Below are positions 20,299 through 29,603 of a DNA stretch of 57,504 nt, piece by piece; position 1 is the first letter of the stretch; every line of letters starts with the position of its first letter. Under the pieces are notes generated by a model. The model was not told where the DNA came from. It worked only from the letters and a program-made list of their open reading frames with translations, and did not search any database. The stretch is from NCBI GenBank assembly GCA_937900945.1, contig CALCGG010000065.1:1-57504 (forward strand), written 5' to 3'. The position numbers were made by a program, and so were the translations under genes. This stretch comes from an uncultured Sulfurimonas sp. (GTDB taxonomy: Bacteria > Campylobacterota > Campylobacteria > Campylobacterales > Sulfurimonadaceae).

Positions 20299-20969
20299 TT
20301 TTTTCAAAATTACAGTATATTTTATATATAGCATCTTTACTGTCACTCATAATTTTTTCATACTTCTTTTTGGATATAGCAATAGCTAAATACTTTTTAT
20401 CAAATGCAGATATTTACGAAAGTATCGGTGATTTCATAAGTATTTTAGGTGAATCTCACTGGTATATAGGAACTGCAGTTATCGGATTTGCAATCTTCAA
20501 ATTTTTCAAAAAAAATGAGCTTTTAAAACAAAGATTTTTGTTTTTTTTCTATATAAATATATTTTCAGGACTCATTAGTTTGCTATCTAAGTTTATTTTT
20601 GGACGAATCAGACCTTGGGGAATGAGAAACGATGGTGATGAGTTTGGCTTTCTACTCTTTCAAAATTTTGACATGGGATTAATTGAAAAGTTCAAACACC
20701 ATGCTATAACTGTATTTGAATCGCCGACAACATACACTTCTTTTCCATCTGGACACACAACTACAATTTTTGCCGCATTTGCATATCTGAGTATTTTTTT
20801 TCCAAAATATATTTATCTTTGGCTGAGTATCGCTGTTGTTTTTGCAAGTGCAAGATTACTCGACAGTGATCACTTTTTAAGTGATATTTTTGCAGGAGTA
20901 TTGGTTGGAACACTCTCAACCATGTTTATTTACTCAAAAATGAGGAGGAAACTTGAAAAAAACATTTAA
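20295..20969 (+). CDS. PAP2-family membrane phosphatase (LpxE/LpxF or undecaprenyl-PP phosphatase-like)
   Basis: C1 KFIFGRIRP, C2 FPSGH, C3 ARLLDSDHFLSD. Confidence 0.88.
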   Translation: MIFSKLQYILYIASLLSLIIFSYFFLDIAIAKYFLSNADIYESIGDFISILGESHWYIGTAVIGFAIFKFFKKNELLKQRFLFFFYINIFSGLISLLSKFIFGRIRPWGMRNDGDEFGFLLFQNFDMGLIEKFKHHAITVFESPTTYTSFPSGHTTTIFAAFAYLSIFFPKYIYLWLSIAVVFASARLLDSDHFLSDIFAGVLVGTLSTMFIYSKMRRKLEKNI

Positions 20970-22263
20970 AAGAGTTGCTCTTTTTATCGTTGTTGTTGCA
21001 TCATTATACGGTGTAGGAAGACTTGGTATTGTAACTTACGACAGCTATAAATTTGTAGAACGCGAACCCTATATGCTCATGCAAACACAAAATTCCATAA
21101 CCATAAAATGGCAAACGCCTCAAGAAGAGATCGGTAAAATAAACTATAGTTTATTATCAGGAAACTTGGAAAAAAGTCTAGCTGAAAAAGCCCCGACAAA
21201 AAAACATTCTCTGAGTATTTCAAATTTACATGAGTGCGCAAATTACAAATACAGCGTTGAATCAAAATCTTTAAAAATAGACAATAATGAGAGAAGTTTT
21301 CAAACTCTTTGTAAAAATCAAAATGCCCAGAAATTATGGGTGATTGGTGATAGCGGAGAACATGGCAAAAATCAAGAAGGTGTATATAATCAGATGTTAA
21401 AATATATAGACCATGATTTTAACAGTCTTAGCATGTGGATTTTGTTAGGAGACAATGCATACAGAAGCGGAACTCAAAAACAGTTTAATCAAAGTCTATT
21501 TGAACCATATCATGAGCTGGTAAAGCGCTTTGTGCCTTGGGCTGTAATTGGAAACCACGATGCAAGAAGATGGGCTTTTTATGATATCTGGAATTTTCCA
21601 AAAAATGCTGAGAGCGGGGGAATTCCCAGCGGACATGATGAATACTACGCCATAGATGATGGAAATCTGCATATTGTTATGATGGATAACCAAACTGTTG
21701 ATTTAAGCAAAGACGGTGACATGGCGAAATGGTTAAAAAAAGATTTACAAGCTAACACAAAACCTTGGACAATAGTTGTCTTTCATACTCCGCCCTATTC
21801 TGATGGCAGTCATAAATCTGACAGTGACAGCAACAGCGGCGGCAGGATGAAATATATGAGAGAAAATTTTGTACCGATTTTTGATGAGTTTGGAGTTGAT
21901 TTGGTCTTAAGCGGGCACTCTCACGGATACGAAAGATCAAAGCTTATGATCAATCACCTTGGAAAAAGTGATTCGTTTGATATTACAAAAAATGTTCTTC
22001 AAGACAATAAGTCATGCTATACAAAACCTCTAGAGAGAACTAAAGACAGTGGAACAATTTACCTCGTAACAGGTTCATCTTCGAAACTCGACCATGCAAC
22101 TCTAAAACACCCTGCAATGCCTTTTAGTTTTCAAAAACTTGGCTCAGTAATACTTGAAGTCACTCCAAGTACTTTAAGTTCTAAATTTTTAACAATCGAT
22201 GGTATCATTGCAGACGAATTTATGATTACAAAAAATAACACAAAATGCGAGAATGAAAAATAA
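20953..22263 (+). CDS. Membrane-anchored purple-acid-phosphatase-like metallophosphoesterase
   Basis: N-terminal anchor, FN3-like segment, then GDSG, GDNAY, GNHD, HTPPY and GHSHGYER. Confidence 0.88.
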   Translation: MKKTFKRVALFIVVVASLYGVGRLGIVTYDSYKFVEREPYMLMQTQNSITIKWQTPQEEIGKINYSLLSGNLEKSLAEKAPTKKHSLSISNLHECANYKYSVESKSLKIDNNERSFQTLCKNQNAQKLWVIGDSGEHGKNQEGVYNQMLKYIDHDFNSLSMWILLGDNAYRSGTQKQFNQSLFEPYHELVKRFVPWAVIGNHDARRWAFYDIWNFPKNAESGGIPSGHDEYYAIDDGNLHIVMMDNQTVDLSKDGDMAKWLKKDLQANTKPWTIVVFHTPPYSDGSHKSDSDSNSGGRMKYMRENFVPIFDEFGVDLVLSGHSHGYERSKLMINHLGKSDSFDITKNVLQDNKSCYTKPLERTKDSGTIYLVTGSSSKLDHATLKHPAMPFSFQKLGSVILEVTPSTLSSKFLTIDGIIADEFMITKNNTKCENEK

Positions 22264-23567
22264 TGGATAAAAATAAAATAAGTATTGTAATTCTAGCGGC
22301 TGGCAAAGGAAGCCGCATGAAATCTCAAAAGGCAAAAGTCCTCCATACTATCTGCGGAAAACCTATGCTATATCATATCATCAAAGAATCCAAAGAGATT
22401 TCAAACGATATAACAGTTGTAATCGCACACCAAAAAGAGCTTGTGCTGGAACAAATGAGTTCATATTTTGATGACATCAATTTTGTGGTTCAAGATGCTG
22501 AGAACTTCCCTGGAACTGGCGGAGCTATGAAAAATATAGCTCCAAAGAATGAAAAAGTATTAGTTTTAAACGGCGATATGCCGCTTATAACATCAGACTC
22601 GCTCAAAGGATTTTTAGATAAAGACGACGATATCATCATGTCAATTTTTGATTTGCAAAATCCGGATGGTTATGGCCGCGTTATTATAAAGAATGGACAT
22701 GTACAAAAAATAGTAGAACAAAAAGACGCTTCATCTAATGAACTAAGAGTAAGCACTGTAAATGCCGGTGTTTATGCTTTTTCTAAAAATATTATAGAAA
22801 AGTATATTCCGCTTCTTAGCAATAAAAATGCGCAAAAAGAGTATTACCTGACTGATGTTATTGCGATGGCTAAAGCTGACGGGCTCAATATCTTTCCGCT
22901 TTTAGTTGATGAAGAACAATTCAAAGGCGTAAACTCCAAAAAAGACTTGTCAGATGCAGAAGAGATCATGCAAGCTAAAATCAAAACCGCCTGGATGCAT
23001 GCGGGGGTGATAATGCAGCTTCCTTCAACCAGCTACATCGAAGAGGGTGTAATATTTGAGGGGGAATGTATAGTAGAAAACGGTTGTCGCATAACCGGAA
23101 AGACTCTGCTTATCAACTCACATATCAAAGCAGGAAGCGTTATAGAGGACTCTACTATCATAAACTCAGATATAGGTCCCTTGGCGCATATACGCCCTGC
23201 TTCATATCTGCAAGACTCACATGTAGGAAACTTTGTCGAGATTAAAAAGAGTACGCTCAAAGGGGTAAAAGCCGGACATCTAAGCTATATAGGAGATGCA
23301 GAAATTGATGAAGGAACAAACATCGGCGCAGGTGTGATTACATGTAACTACGATGGGATTAAAAAATATAAGACTATTATAGGCAAAAATGTTTTTATCG
23401 GAAGCGACAGTCAGCTTGTAGCACCGGTTACCGTAGAAGATGATGTTATGATAGCCGCTGGAACGACTGTAACAAGCGGTACAGTTGAGAAAGGCTCTCT
23501 GGCTATTAGCAGAATTAAAATAGCATTCATAAAAGATTTTTATTACAAATTTTTTGCAAAGAGCTAA
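22263..23567 (+). CDS. glmU: Bifunctional UDP-GlcNAc pyrophosphorylase / GlcN-1-P acetyltransferase
   Basis: [38 protein letters not shown] and CNYDG; hexapeptide repeats. Confidence 0.97.
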   Translation: MDKNKISIVILAAGKGSRMKSQKAKVLHTICGKPMLYHIIKESKEISNDITVVIAHQKELVLEQMSSYFDDINFVVQDAENFPGTGGAMKNIAPKNEKVLVLNGDMPLITSDSLKGFLDKDDDIIMSIFDLQNPDGYGRVIIKNGHVQKIVEQKDASSNELRVSTVNAGVYAFSKNIIEKYIPLLSNKNAQKEYYLTDVIAMAKADGLNIFPLLVDEEQFKGVNSKKDLSDAEEIMQAKIKTAWMHAGVIMQLPSTSYIEEGVIFEGECIVENGCRITGKTLLINSHIKAGSVIEDSTIINSDIGPLAHIRPASYLQDSHVGNFVEIKKSTLKGVKAGHLSYIGDAEIDEGTNIGAGVITCNYDGIKKYKTIIGKNVFIGSDSQLVAPVTVEDDVMIAAGTTVTSGTVEKGSLAISRIKIAFIKDFYYKFFAKS

Positions 23568-23577
23568 GAGCTAAAAT

Positions 23578-23613
23578 TTTTATCGTAATAGACAAGTGCC
23601 TCTTACGATAAAA
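23578..23613. terminator. Probable bidirectional intrinsic terminator between convergent glmU and the SnoaL gene
   Basis: Perfect 11-bp inverted repeat TTTTATCGTAA (23578-88) / TTACGATAAAA (23603-13). Confidence 0.6.
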
Positions 23614-23643
23614 GTTATTTTCTTATAATTATTTTTTTTAAGC

Positions 23644-24045
23644 CTACTCTTCTGTAAGCTGTTTAAACAATGAGTTCAAATCACCGAGTACCCAAATATT
23701 TTTTATTTTTCCATCTTTGATAGTAAAAAAGCTTGCTCCGTTGTATCTAATTCTATTGTTTGTCGGTTCATAATCAAATAACTTGCCCTCATGCGTTCCG
23801 TTGTATATAGCTCTTACTACAACGGTATTTCCTTCACTTACCATAAGTTCAATACCGTGGTATAGATTTGGAATTGCTGAAAGTATCATACTCATATAAT
23901 CTTCAAACTCTTTTTTACCGTGAGTTGATATATTAAGTGATCCATGGAACTCAAAATCATCTGCAAAAATTTTATCAATATAACTTTTATCTTGTTTGTT
24001 CCATAAATCTTCATAATAAGATTTAACTAATTCTTTATTTGTCAT
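23644..24045 (-). CDS. SnoaL-like / NTF2-fold ester cyclase family protein
   Basis: NKELV…YEDLWN, AIPNL, EGNTVVVR, GTHEG and F-I-DGKI. Confidence 0.85.
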   Translation of the reverse strand: MTNKELVKSYYEDLWNKQDKSYIDKIFADDFEFHGSLNISTHGKKEFEDYMSMILSAIPNLYHGIELMVSEGNTVVVRAIYNGTHEGKLFDYEPTNNRIRYNGASFFTIKDGKIKNIWVLGDLNSLFKQLTEE

Positions 24046-24055
24046 TTAATTCACT

Positions 24056-24295
24056 TTAGTCATCAAAATATTTTTTTTGAGATATTTTTTCATACTCATC
24101 ATCATACTCATCATCTTCATAATAATCATCTTCATCATAATCAATAACAAAAATAGGTTCATACCCTAACTTAACGAGTTCTTTATCGCATTCTTCCACA
24201 TTAAAAAACTTACCTTTAAATTTTTGTTCTAAAAATTTAATATCCTCTTCTTTTACATCACTAGCTTTTAGTGCATTTAAAACCGAACGTTCCAT
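24056..24295 (-). CDS. Small hypothetical protein with highly acidic D/E/Y-rich C-terminus
   Basis: Strong RBS (GAGGAG), upstream TATAAT, tail DYDEDDYYEDDEYDDEYE. Confidence 0.7.
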   Translation of the reverse strand: MERSVLNALKASDVKEEDIKFLEQKFKGKFFNVEECDKELVKLGYEPIFVIDYDEDDYYEDDEYDDEYEKISQKKYFDD

Positions 24296-24374
24296 CAGTT
24301 TATTTTTTCTCCTCTAAGAAAAAAATCTTTTTTTAATATTGAAATTATAATATAAAAATTATCATTTGCAGTAA

Positions 24375-25406
24375 TTACTTTAGATATAACTTTTTAAGAA
24401 TTGTAATCACAGCTTCAACTGATTTAATAGATGCTGTTTCATTTACTGTATGATATCCGATTGTCGGAATCTGAAGTGTGGTGCCTTGCAACTCACCCTT
24501 CGTAGCAAAAATAAGTCTGCCCAATTCTGTTGTGCCGATAGAACCTTTTGTGCCATTTTTTGCCATTTTATTTTTCAAATATGCATCTTTATAATGGTAC
24601 CTGATTTTATTTTCAATAGCTATTTTTTTTATCTTTTGTTTTAGTGGGGATCTAAAGACACCGTTAACATCACGATTTCGCAACACTACATCAATATTAT
24701 TCATATCTTCCAATGTTTCGTACGGACTTGTATCTAAAACCAAAAGCTCATCTGTTGAAATATCAAATCTCCTAAACCACTCCAGTAAAAATCTCCAACT
24801 CTTACCTGCCTCCTCTGAAGCCGTAAAAAATGAAGTACCTTCAAATCCGTTATGATACAGATAAATTATCATAGCAACAGACAAAACATTATCAAGCTGC
24901 GCACTAATGAGCTTATCTTTAAACTCTAGTTTATCCATAAAAGCAATAGGAGTTCCCGGTAACAAATACTCAAAACCGTCTACTTTAAAAATAATATTGT
25001 TTCTTCTTTGACATAATGAAGCTTCTTTAATTACGCCTAAACCAAGATATGTCCCAGACCAAGGCTCGTAAGCCTGAACCTTTTCATCTACAAATCTTGT
25101 TGTAAAATTTTTTAACAACTGTTCTGAATTAGAGTTTCCTGTTAAATCGGCCCTATTCTTTGCTATAAATGCTGCATACTGAAATTCATTTGCACCAGTA
25201 CAGATAAGCCCATGTCTGTCAGAATGAGCTGAGATATATCCGCTAGTCGGGGCTTTTCCCTTTCCTACTAAAACTCCATCATAATACTCGACTGTAACAC
25301 CGATTTCTTCAAGCTCTCTTTTTACAAACATAAAAAATGGATGTTCCGCACCAACAACACTTGGTACTCTGATAAGCTGCTTCAATATATCATAAAATAA
25401 TTCCAT
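24375..25406 (-). CDS. M42/M20/M28-clan metallo-(amino)peptidase
   Basis: PSVVGAE, SAHSD, AQLDN, ASEE, LDTS and GYHT metal-ligand pattern. Confidence 0.82.
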   Translation of the reverse strand: MELFYDILKQLIRVPSVVGAEHPFFMFVKRELEEIGVTVEYYDGVLVGKGKAPTSGYISAHSDRHGLICTGANEFQYAAFIAKNRADLTGNSNSEQLLKNFTTRFVDEKVQAYEPWSGTYLGLGVIKEASLCQRRNNIIFKVDGFEYLLPGTPIAFMDKLEFKDKLISAQLDNVLSVAMIIYLYHNGFEGTSFFTASEEAGKSWRFLLEWFRRFDISTDELLVLDTSPYETLEDMNNIDVVLRNRDVNGVFRSPLKQKIKKIAIENKIRYHYKDAYLKNKMAKNGTKGSIGTTELGRLIFATKGELQGTTLQIPTIGYHTVNETASIKSVEAVITILKKLYLK

Positions 25407-26467
25407 TATTCTATAATCTCCTCATCATTAAGTTCATAAAATTCACTCTCTTCAAGTATGTCTTCTGTAAAATATTCCATCTTAGTCGCTGCTTGTTCTA
25501 AGTTACCAAATCTTGCTATATGAAATACTGCATCACCTGCTTGGACAAGCGGAATCTCTGATTTGCCAATAATAACCCCATCAAAAGGCGATAATATTTC
25601 AAAACTATCATCATCCAATGGCTCATCTATATAAGCAATAATGTCGTCTTTTTTTACTGTTTCTCCCAATGCTTTAATAGTTCTGAGCATTCCACTTTCA
25701 CTAGCTCTTATCCATTGTGAAGTTTTAGTAATAATAGGAGTTTTTTTAACTTTTTTTCTAATTACGTTGGGAAGCATTCCATTTTCTCTAAGTACATTAA
25801 CTAAACCTTGAACTCCGATTCTAATAGAGTTTTCATCAAATCTCAGTGCTTCTCCGGCTTCATAAAGTAAAATTGGGACACCCTTCTCTTGGGCAACTGC
25901 CCGAAGTGAACCGTCTCTGAGTTCGGAATGTAAAACGACTGGAGCTCCAAATGCTTTTGCCAGTCTAAAGGTATATTCATTATCTGTGTTTGTTCTAACT
26001 TGAGGAAGATTCGATTTATGAATAGATGCCGTATGAAGGTCTATGCCCAAATCGCACTTAAGCACTATCTCATCAAAAAAAGCTTTAGCCACCCTGCCAG
26101 CAAGGGAGCCCTTTTCGCTGCCAGGAAAACTTCTGTTCAAATCTCTTCTGTCCGGTAGGTAGCGGGAGAGTGTCATAATCCCATAAACATTTACAATCGG
26201 CACTAATAGTAAAGTGCCTTTTAACTTTTCGAGTATATTCAATTTTCTAAATCGTCTAATTATCTCCACACCGTTTAGCTCATCACCATGTATAGCTGCA
26301 CTTATAAACACAACAGGACCATCTTTTTTACCTCTGATTACACGAACAGGAAGTGGTGTGGGCGTGTTATACAACTTTGGCAATTCAATATTAACAGTAA
26401 CTCTAGAGCCTTTTTTAATCTCAACATTACCTATAATAAATTTATCACTCAGCACTCTACGCCCCAA
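25406..26467 (-). CDS. Succinylglutamate desuccinylase/aspartoacylase (M14-like) family protein
   Basis: [19 protein letters not shown] and YEAGE; C-terminal biotinyl/lipoyl-like hairpin; TTG start overlapping rimK. Confidence 0.9.
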   Translation of the reverse strand: MGRRVLSDKFIIGNVEIKKGSRVTVNIELPKLYNTPTPLPVRVIRGKKDGPVVFISAAIHGDELNGVEIIRRFRKLNILEKLKGTLLLVPIVNVYGIMTLSRYLPDRRDLNRSFPGSEKGSLAGRVAKAFFDEIVLKCDLGIDLHTASIHKSNLPQVRTNTDNEYTFRLAKAFGAPVVLHSELRDGSLRAVAQEKGVPILLYEAGEALRFDENSIRIGVQGLVNVLRENGMLPNVIRKKVKKTPIITKTSQWIRASESGMLRTIKALGETVKKDDIIAYIDEPLDDDSFEILSPFDGVIIGKSEIPLVQAGDAVFHIARFGNLEQAATKMEYFTEDILEESEFYELNDEEIIE

Positions 26468-27389
26468 TCTTGTCTTTTTTTATTTTTCTTTTTATGGCTG
26501 TTACATCCGATTGAGGTGTAACATTTTTTTCTATATAATCCATTATTTTTCCAGCTATATCAATGCCTGTAGATTTTTCTATACCCTCTAAACCAGGAGA
26601 AGAATTTACTTCCATAACAAGTGGACCACGAGCTGATTCAATCATGTCAACACCGCAAACACCAAGCCCCATAGCCTTTGCAGCTTCTAAAGCTGTAGTT
26701 TTTTCTTTTCTTGTAAGCTTATGCGCTGAGGCACTTCCACCTTGATGCAAGTTTGACCTGAAATCACCCTTTGCACCTTGTCTTTTCATAGCTCCGACAA
26801 CTTCACCACCGACAACCAGCACTCGGATGTCGGCTCCGCCAGCTTCTTCTATAAACTCTTGAACAAGTAAATTTACATCCATACCATAAAATGCATCCAG
26901 AACAGATTTTGCCGCTTTTTCACTATCAACTAAAACAACTCCAACTCCCTGCGTACCTTCTAAAATTTTCAGTATCAATGGCGCACCGCCGCTTAAGGCT
27001 ATAACGTCTTTTGCATCTGATTTGTTTGAAGCAAAAACTGTCTTTGGCATGCCTACGTCGTGTTTCGATAAAATCTGCAAGCTTCTGAGTTTATCCCTGC
27101 TTCTTGCAATTGCCAAGTTTCCGGCTACACTAAATGTGTCCATCATCTCAAAGTGTCTTACCATAGCCGTTCCATAAAAAGTTCTGCTGGCTCCTATTCT
27201 AGGAATGATTGCATCTGGAGCCGGAAGAACTTCACCATGATAGTTAATCTGTAATCTGCCCTTCATAATCTCTATACTACACTCCAGATAATCAATTACT
27301 CTCATTTCCCAGCCTCTTTGCTCACCGGCTTCAACCAATCTCTTTGTAGAATACAACGTTGAATTTCTGGATAATATATATACTCTCAT
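26457..27389 (-). CDS. rimK: RimK alpha-L-glutamate ligase (ATP-grasp)
   Basis: [44 protein letters not shown] and [12 protein letters not shown]. Confidence 0.95.
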   Translation of the reverse strand: MRVYILSRNSTLYSTKRLVEAGEQRGWEMRVIDYLECSIEIMKGRLQINYHGEVLPAPDAIIPRIGASRTFYGTAMVRHFEMMDTFSVAGNLAIARSRDKLRSLQILSKHDVGMPKTVFASNKSDAKDVIALSGGAPLILKILEGTQGVGVVLVDSEKAAKSVLDAFYGMDVNLLVQEFIEEAGGADIRVLVVGGEVVGAMKRQGAKGDFRSNLHQGGSASAHKLTRKEKTTALEAAKAMGLGVCGVDMIESARGPLVMEVNSSPGLEGIEKSTGIDIAGKIMDYIEKNVTPQSDVTAIKRKIKKDKIGA

Positions 27390-27820
27390 TTTTTTTCCTT
27401 ACTTGTTTGTTTACATAGATATTCTTGTGAGACATCTACTAAAAATCTTTTACTTAAAAACTTCCTGCCTATCAACATGGGGTATTTCATGTCCGAGCGA
27501 TCTGTCAACGATATAATTGTTTTATACTTTTTCCCAAAAAAATCAACACTCACCTTTATGGATGGGCGAAGCTGTATTTGACCATTTGAACTCTTAACTT
27601 TTTTAATTTGATAAAGCGGAACTTTCATCTTTTTGCCATGATAAGCAGCATGGACTTCATCTAGCAATGTAAAACTGACATAATCTCCATCTATCTCTAT
27701 GTGATCACAGTGTATTGCATTTGAGTCAGCACCAGTATCTACTTTTGCATCTAAATCATATAATTCTAAATCCGAAATAGATATATTTTCGATTCTTCCG
27801 ACTATTTTTTTCTTAAACAC
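27386..27820 (-). CDS. RimB-like retropepsin-fold protease ('ATP-dependent Zn protease' family), cytoplasmic
   Basis: [30 protein letters not shown] and FLVDV; GTG start with AAGGA RBS; overlaps rimK. Confidence 0.88.
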   Translation of the reverse strand: MFKKKIVGRIENISISDLELYDLDAKVDTGADSNAIHCDHIEIDGDYVSFTLLDEVHAAYHGKKMKVPLYQIKKVKSSNGQIQLRPSIKVSVDFFGKKYKTIISLTDRSDMKYPMLIGRKFLSKRFLVDVSQEYLCKQTSKEKK

Positions 27821-27843
27821 TTATATTCCTTTATTAAAGTAAG

Positions 27844-27852
27844 ATTATAACA
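27844..27852 (-). promoter_or_regulatory. Extended -10 promoter (TGtTATAAT) of the rimB-rimK operon
   Basis: Perfect TGnTATAAT on the minus strand, 23 bp before the GTG. Confidence 0.65.
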
Positions 27853-27908
27853 CAGTAAGCAATATTCTGATAGAATTTTATCTTTATGATACAAGTTTTG
27901 GACAAACA

Positions 27909-29603
27909 ATGAAAATAAAATTACTCTTTTTCCTTTTATATTCATCTCTATTATATGCCCAGACTCTTCCACTTTTGTTTAAAGGAAATAAAGAGATAAG
28001 CTCGAGAGAGTTGTATGCAGCACTTAGTTTATATAAACCTTACATTTATGAGTTTTACAAAGATGAACCGGCAGTGGATCCAAAAACTGTCCCTATAATT
28101 TCACAAACGCTTATAAGTTATTATAAAACCAAGGGGTTTCATCATGCAACTGCTACTTACTTCAAAAATAAAAAAGCAATCACTATTCTGATTCATGAGA
28201 ATGCTCCCGTTCGTATCGCTGAAATTACAACATTATCAAATCTTAACATAAAGACTAAGCTTCCTTTTAAACAAAATGATATATTTGATGCAGAGAAATT
28301 TATTCAAAGCAAAAAAGATATAAAGCTCTTCTATGCCAATAATCACTACTGCAATGCTGGGCTTGATGCAAAGGCATGGGTTGACATAGAAAGAAATTAT
28401 GCTTACCTGATATACCAAATTACTCCAAATGAAACCTGTTATTTTGGAAAAGTAACTATTAATAAATCTCAGAGTATTGATGCAGATATCATAAAATCTC
28501 TTTTGTACATAAACGAAAAAGAGCCCTTTTCCCTGCAGGCAATTACAAAAAGCTATCAAAATATTTATGCTTATGACGGGATATCAAAAGCTTTAATAGA
28601 TACAAAAACAGATGCAAACAATAGTGTTGATACAACAGTTACGATTACAGAAAATGAAAAACCGATTCGATTCCAGGTTGGCTTGGGTGCAAGCAGTAAC
28701 GAAGGCGCTATGGCATCACTTGGAGTAAAACATAGAAACTTATTTGGAAATTTAAAAACTTTAAGCTTAAACACCAGAGTAACCCAGATTAAACAAACTG
28801 TAAAAATAAACTATGACATGCCTCTTCTAAATAGAAATACTTTTGGAGCAGAAACGGGTCTTGAAAATGAAGTATTTGAAGGCTTTAAAGAAAACAGAGT
28901 TTTTGGAAGTATTTATATACAACAAAGATTTACGCCAACCTCAATGAAAGAGAGTCTCTTTTTTGACAATGTTTATACTTATGCAAGTGATGATAAAGTC
29001 TTATTTCCAGAAGGTGCACTCTTTGTATTATCCCCAAAATTTGAATGGAACTATGACACTCGAGATAAGATTTTAGATCCAAGCAAAGGATATTTCATTG
29101 GATCTGAAGTGATGGGTTCTGCAATGAGTGAAATCTCTGATGCGACTTATTATAAAGTTAAACTCTCAGGCGGTTATATTCTACCTCTGTATTCATCTAT
29201 ACTGGCAACAAAAGTAATCTTTGGTTCCATGCACCTTTATCAAGGTGACATTCCTACATCTTATCGTTTTTTTGCAGGTGGTATGAATAGTAATCGGGCT
29301 TATGGTTACCGTAAACTTGGTCCAATGGATGATAGTTCAAATCCGATTGGGTTTGACTCTCTCATTGAGACAAAAATTGAGGAACGTTTTCCTATTTATG
29401 GTGCTATCAAAGGAGTTGTCTTTAATGACAATACATTTATAGGAAACGATTCTATGCCCGGTTTTGACAAAGGATATTACAGTGCCGGAGTCGGTCTTCG
29501 TTATGCCACACCCATCGGACCGCTTGCAATTGATTTTGGATTTGACATCGCAGATCCGACTGCGCAATATGCATTTCACTTTCACATCGGAGAATCGTTT
29601 TGA
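27909..29603 (+). CDS. tamA: TamA-like Omp85 outer-membrane protein
   Basis: Signal peptide, POTRA-like region, RFFAGG…RAYG, GVGLRYATPIGPLAID and terminal IGESF; coupled to a TamB-like gene. Confidence 0.85.
   Translation: MKIKLLFFLLYSSLLYAQTLPLLFKGNKEISSRELYAALSLYKPYIYEFYKDEPAVDPKTVPIISQTLISYYKTKGFHHATATYFKNKKAITILIHENAPVRIAEITTLSNLNIKTKLPFKQNDIFDAEKFIQSKKDIKLFYANNHYCNAGLDAKAWVDIERNYAYLIYQITPNETCYFGKVTINKSQSIDADIIKSLLYINEKEPFSLQAITKSYQNIYAYDGISKALIDTKTDANNSVDTTVTITENEKPIRFQVGLGASSNEGAMASLGVKHRNLFGNLKTLSLNTRVTQIKQTVKINYDMPLLNRNTFGAETGLENEVFEGFKENRVFGSIYIQQRFTPTSMKESLFFDNVYTYASDDKVLFPEGALFVLSPKFEWNYDTRDKILDPSKGYFIGSEVMGSAMSEISDATYYKVKLSGGYILPLYSSILATKVIFGSMHLYQGDIPTSYRFFAGGMNSNRAYGYRKLGPMDDSSNPIGFDSLIETKIEERFPIYGAIKGVVFNDNTFIGNDSMPGFDKGYYSAGVGLRYATPIGPLAIDFGFDIADPTAQYAFHFHIGESF

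Noticed and set aside
24085-24145. TCATCA/TCATAC-like short repeats
   Set aside because: They are simply the codons of the Asp/Glu/Tyr-rich tail, not a CRISPR or satellite array.
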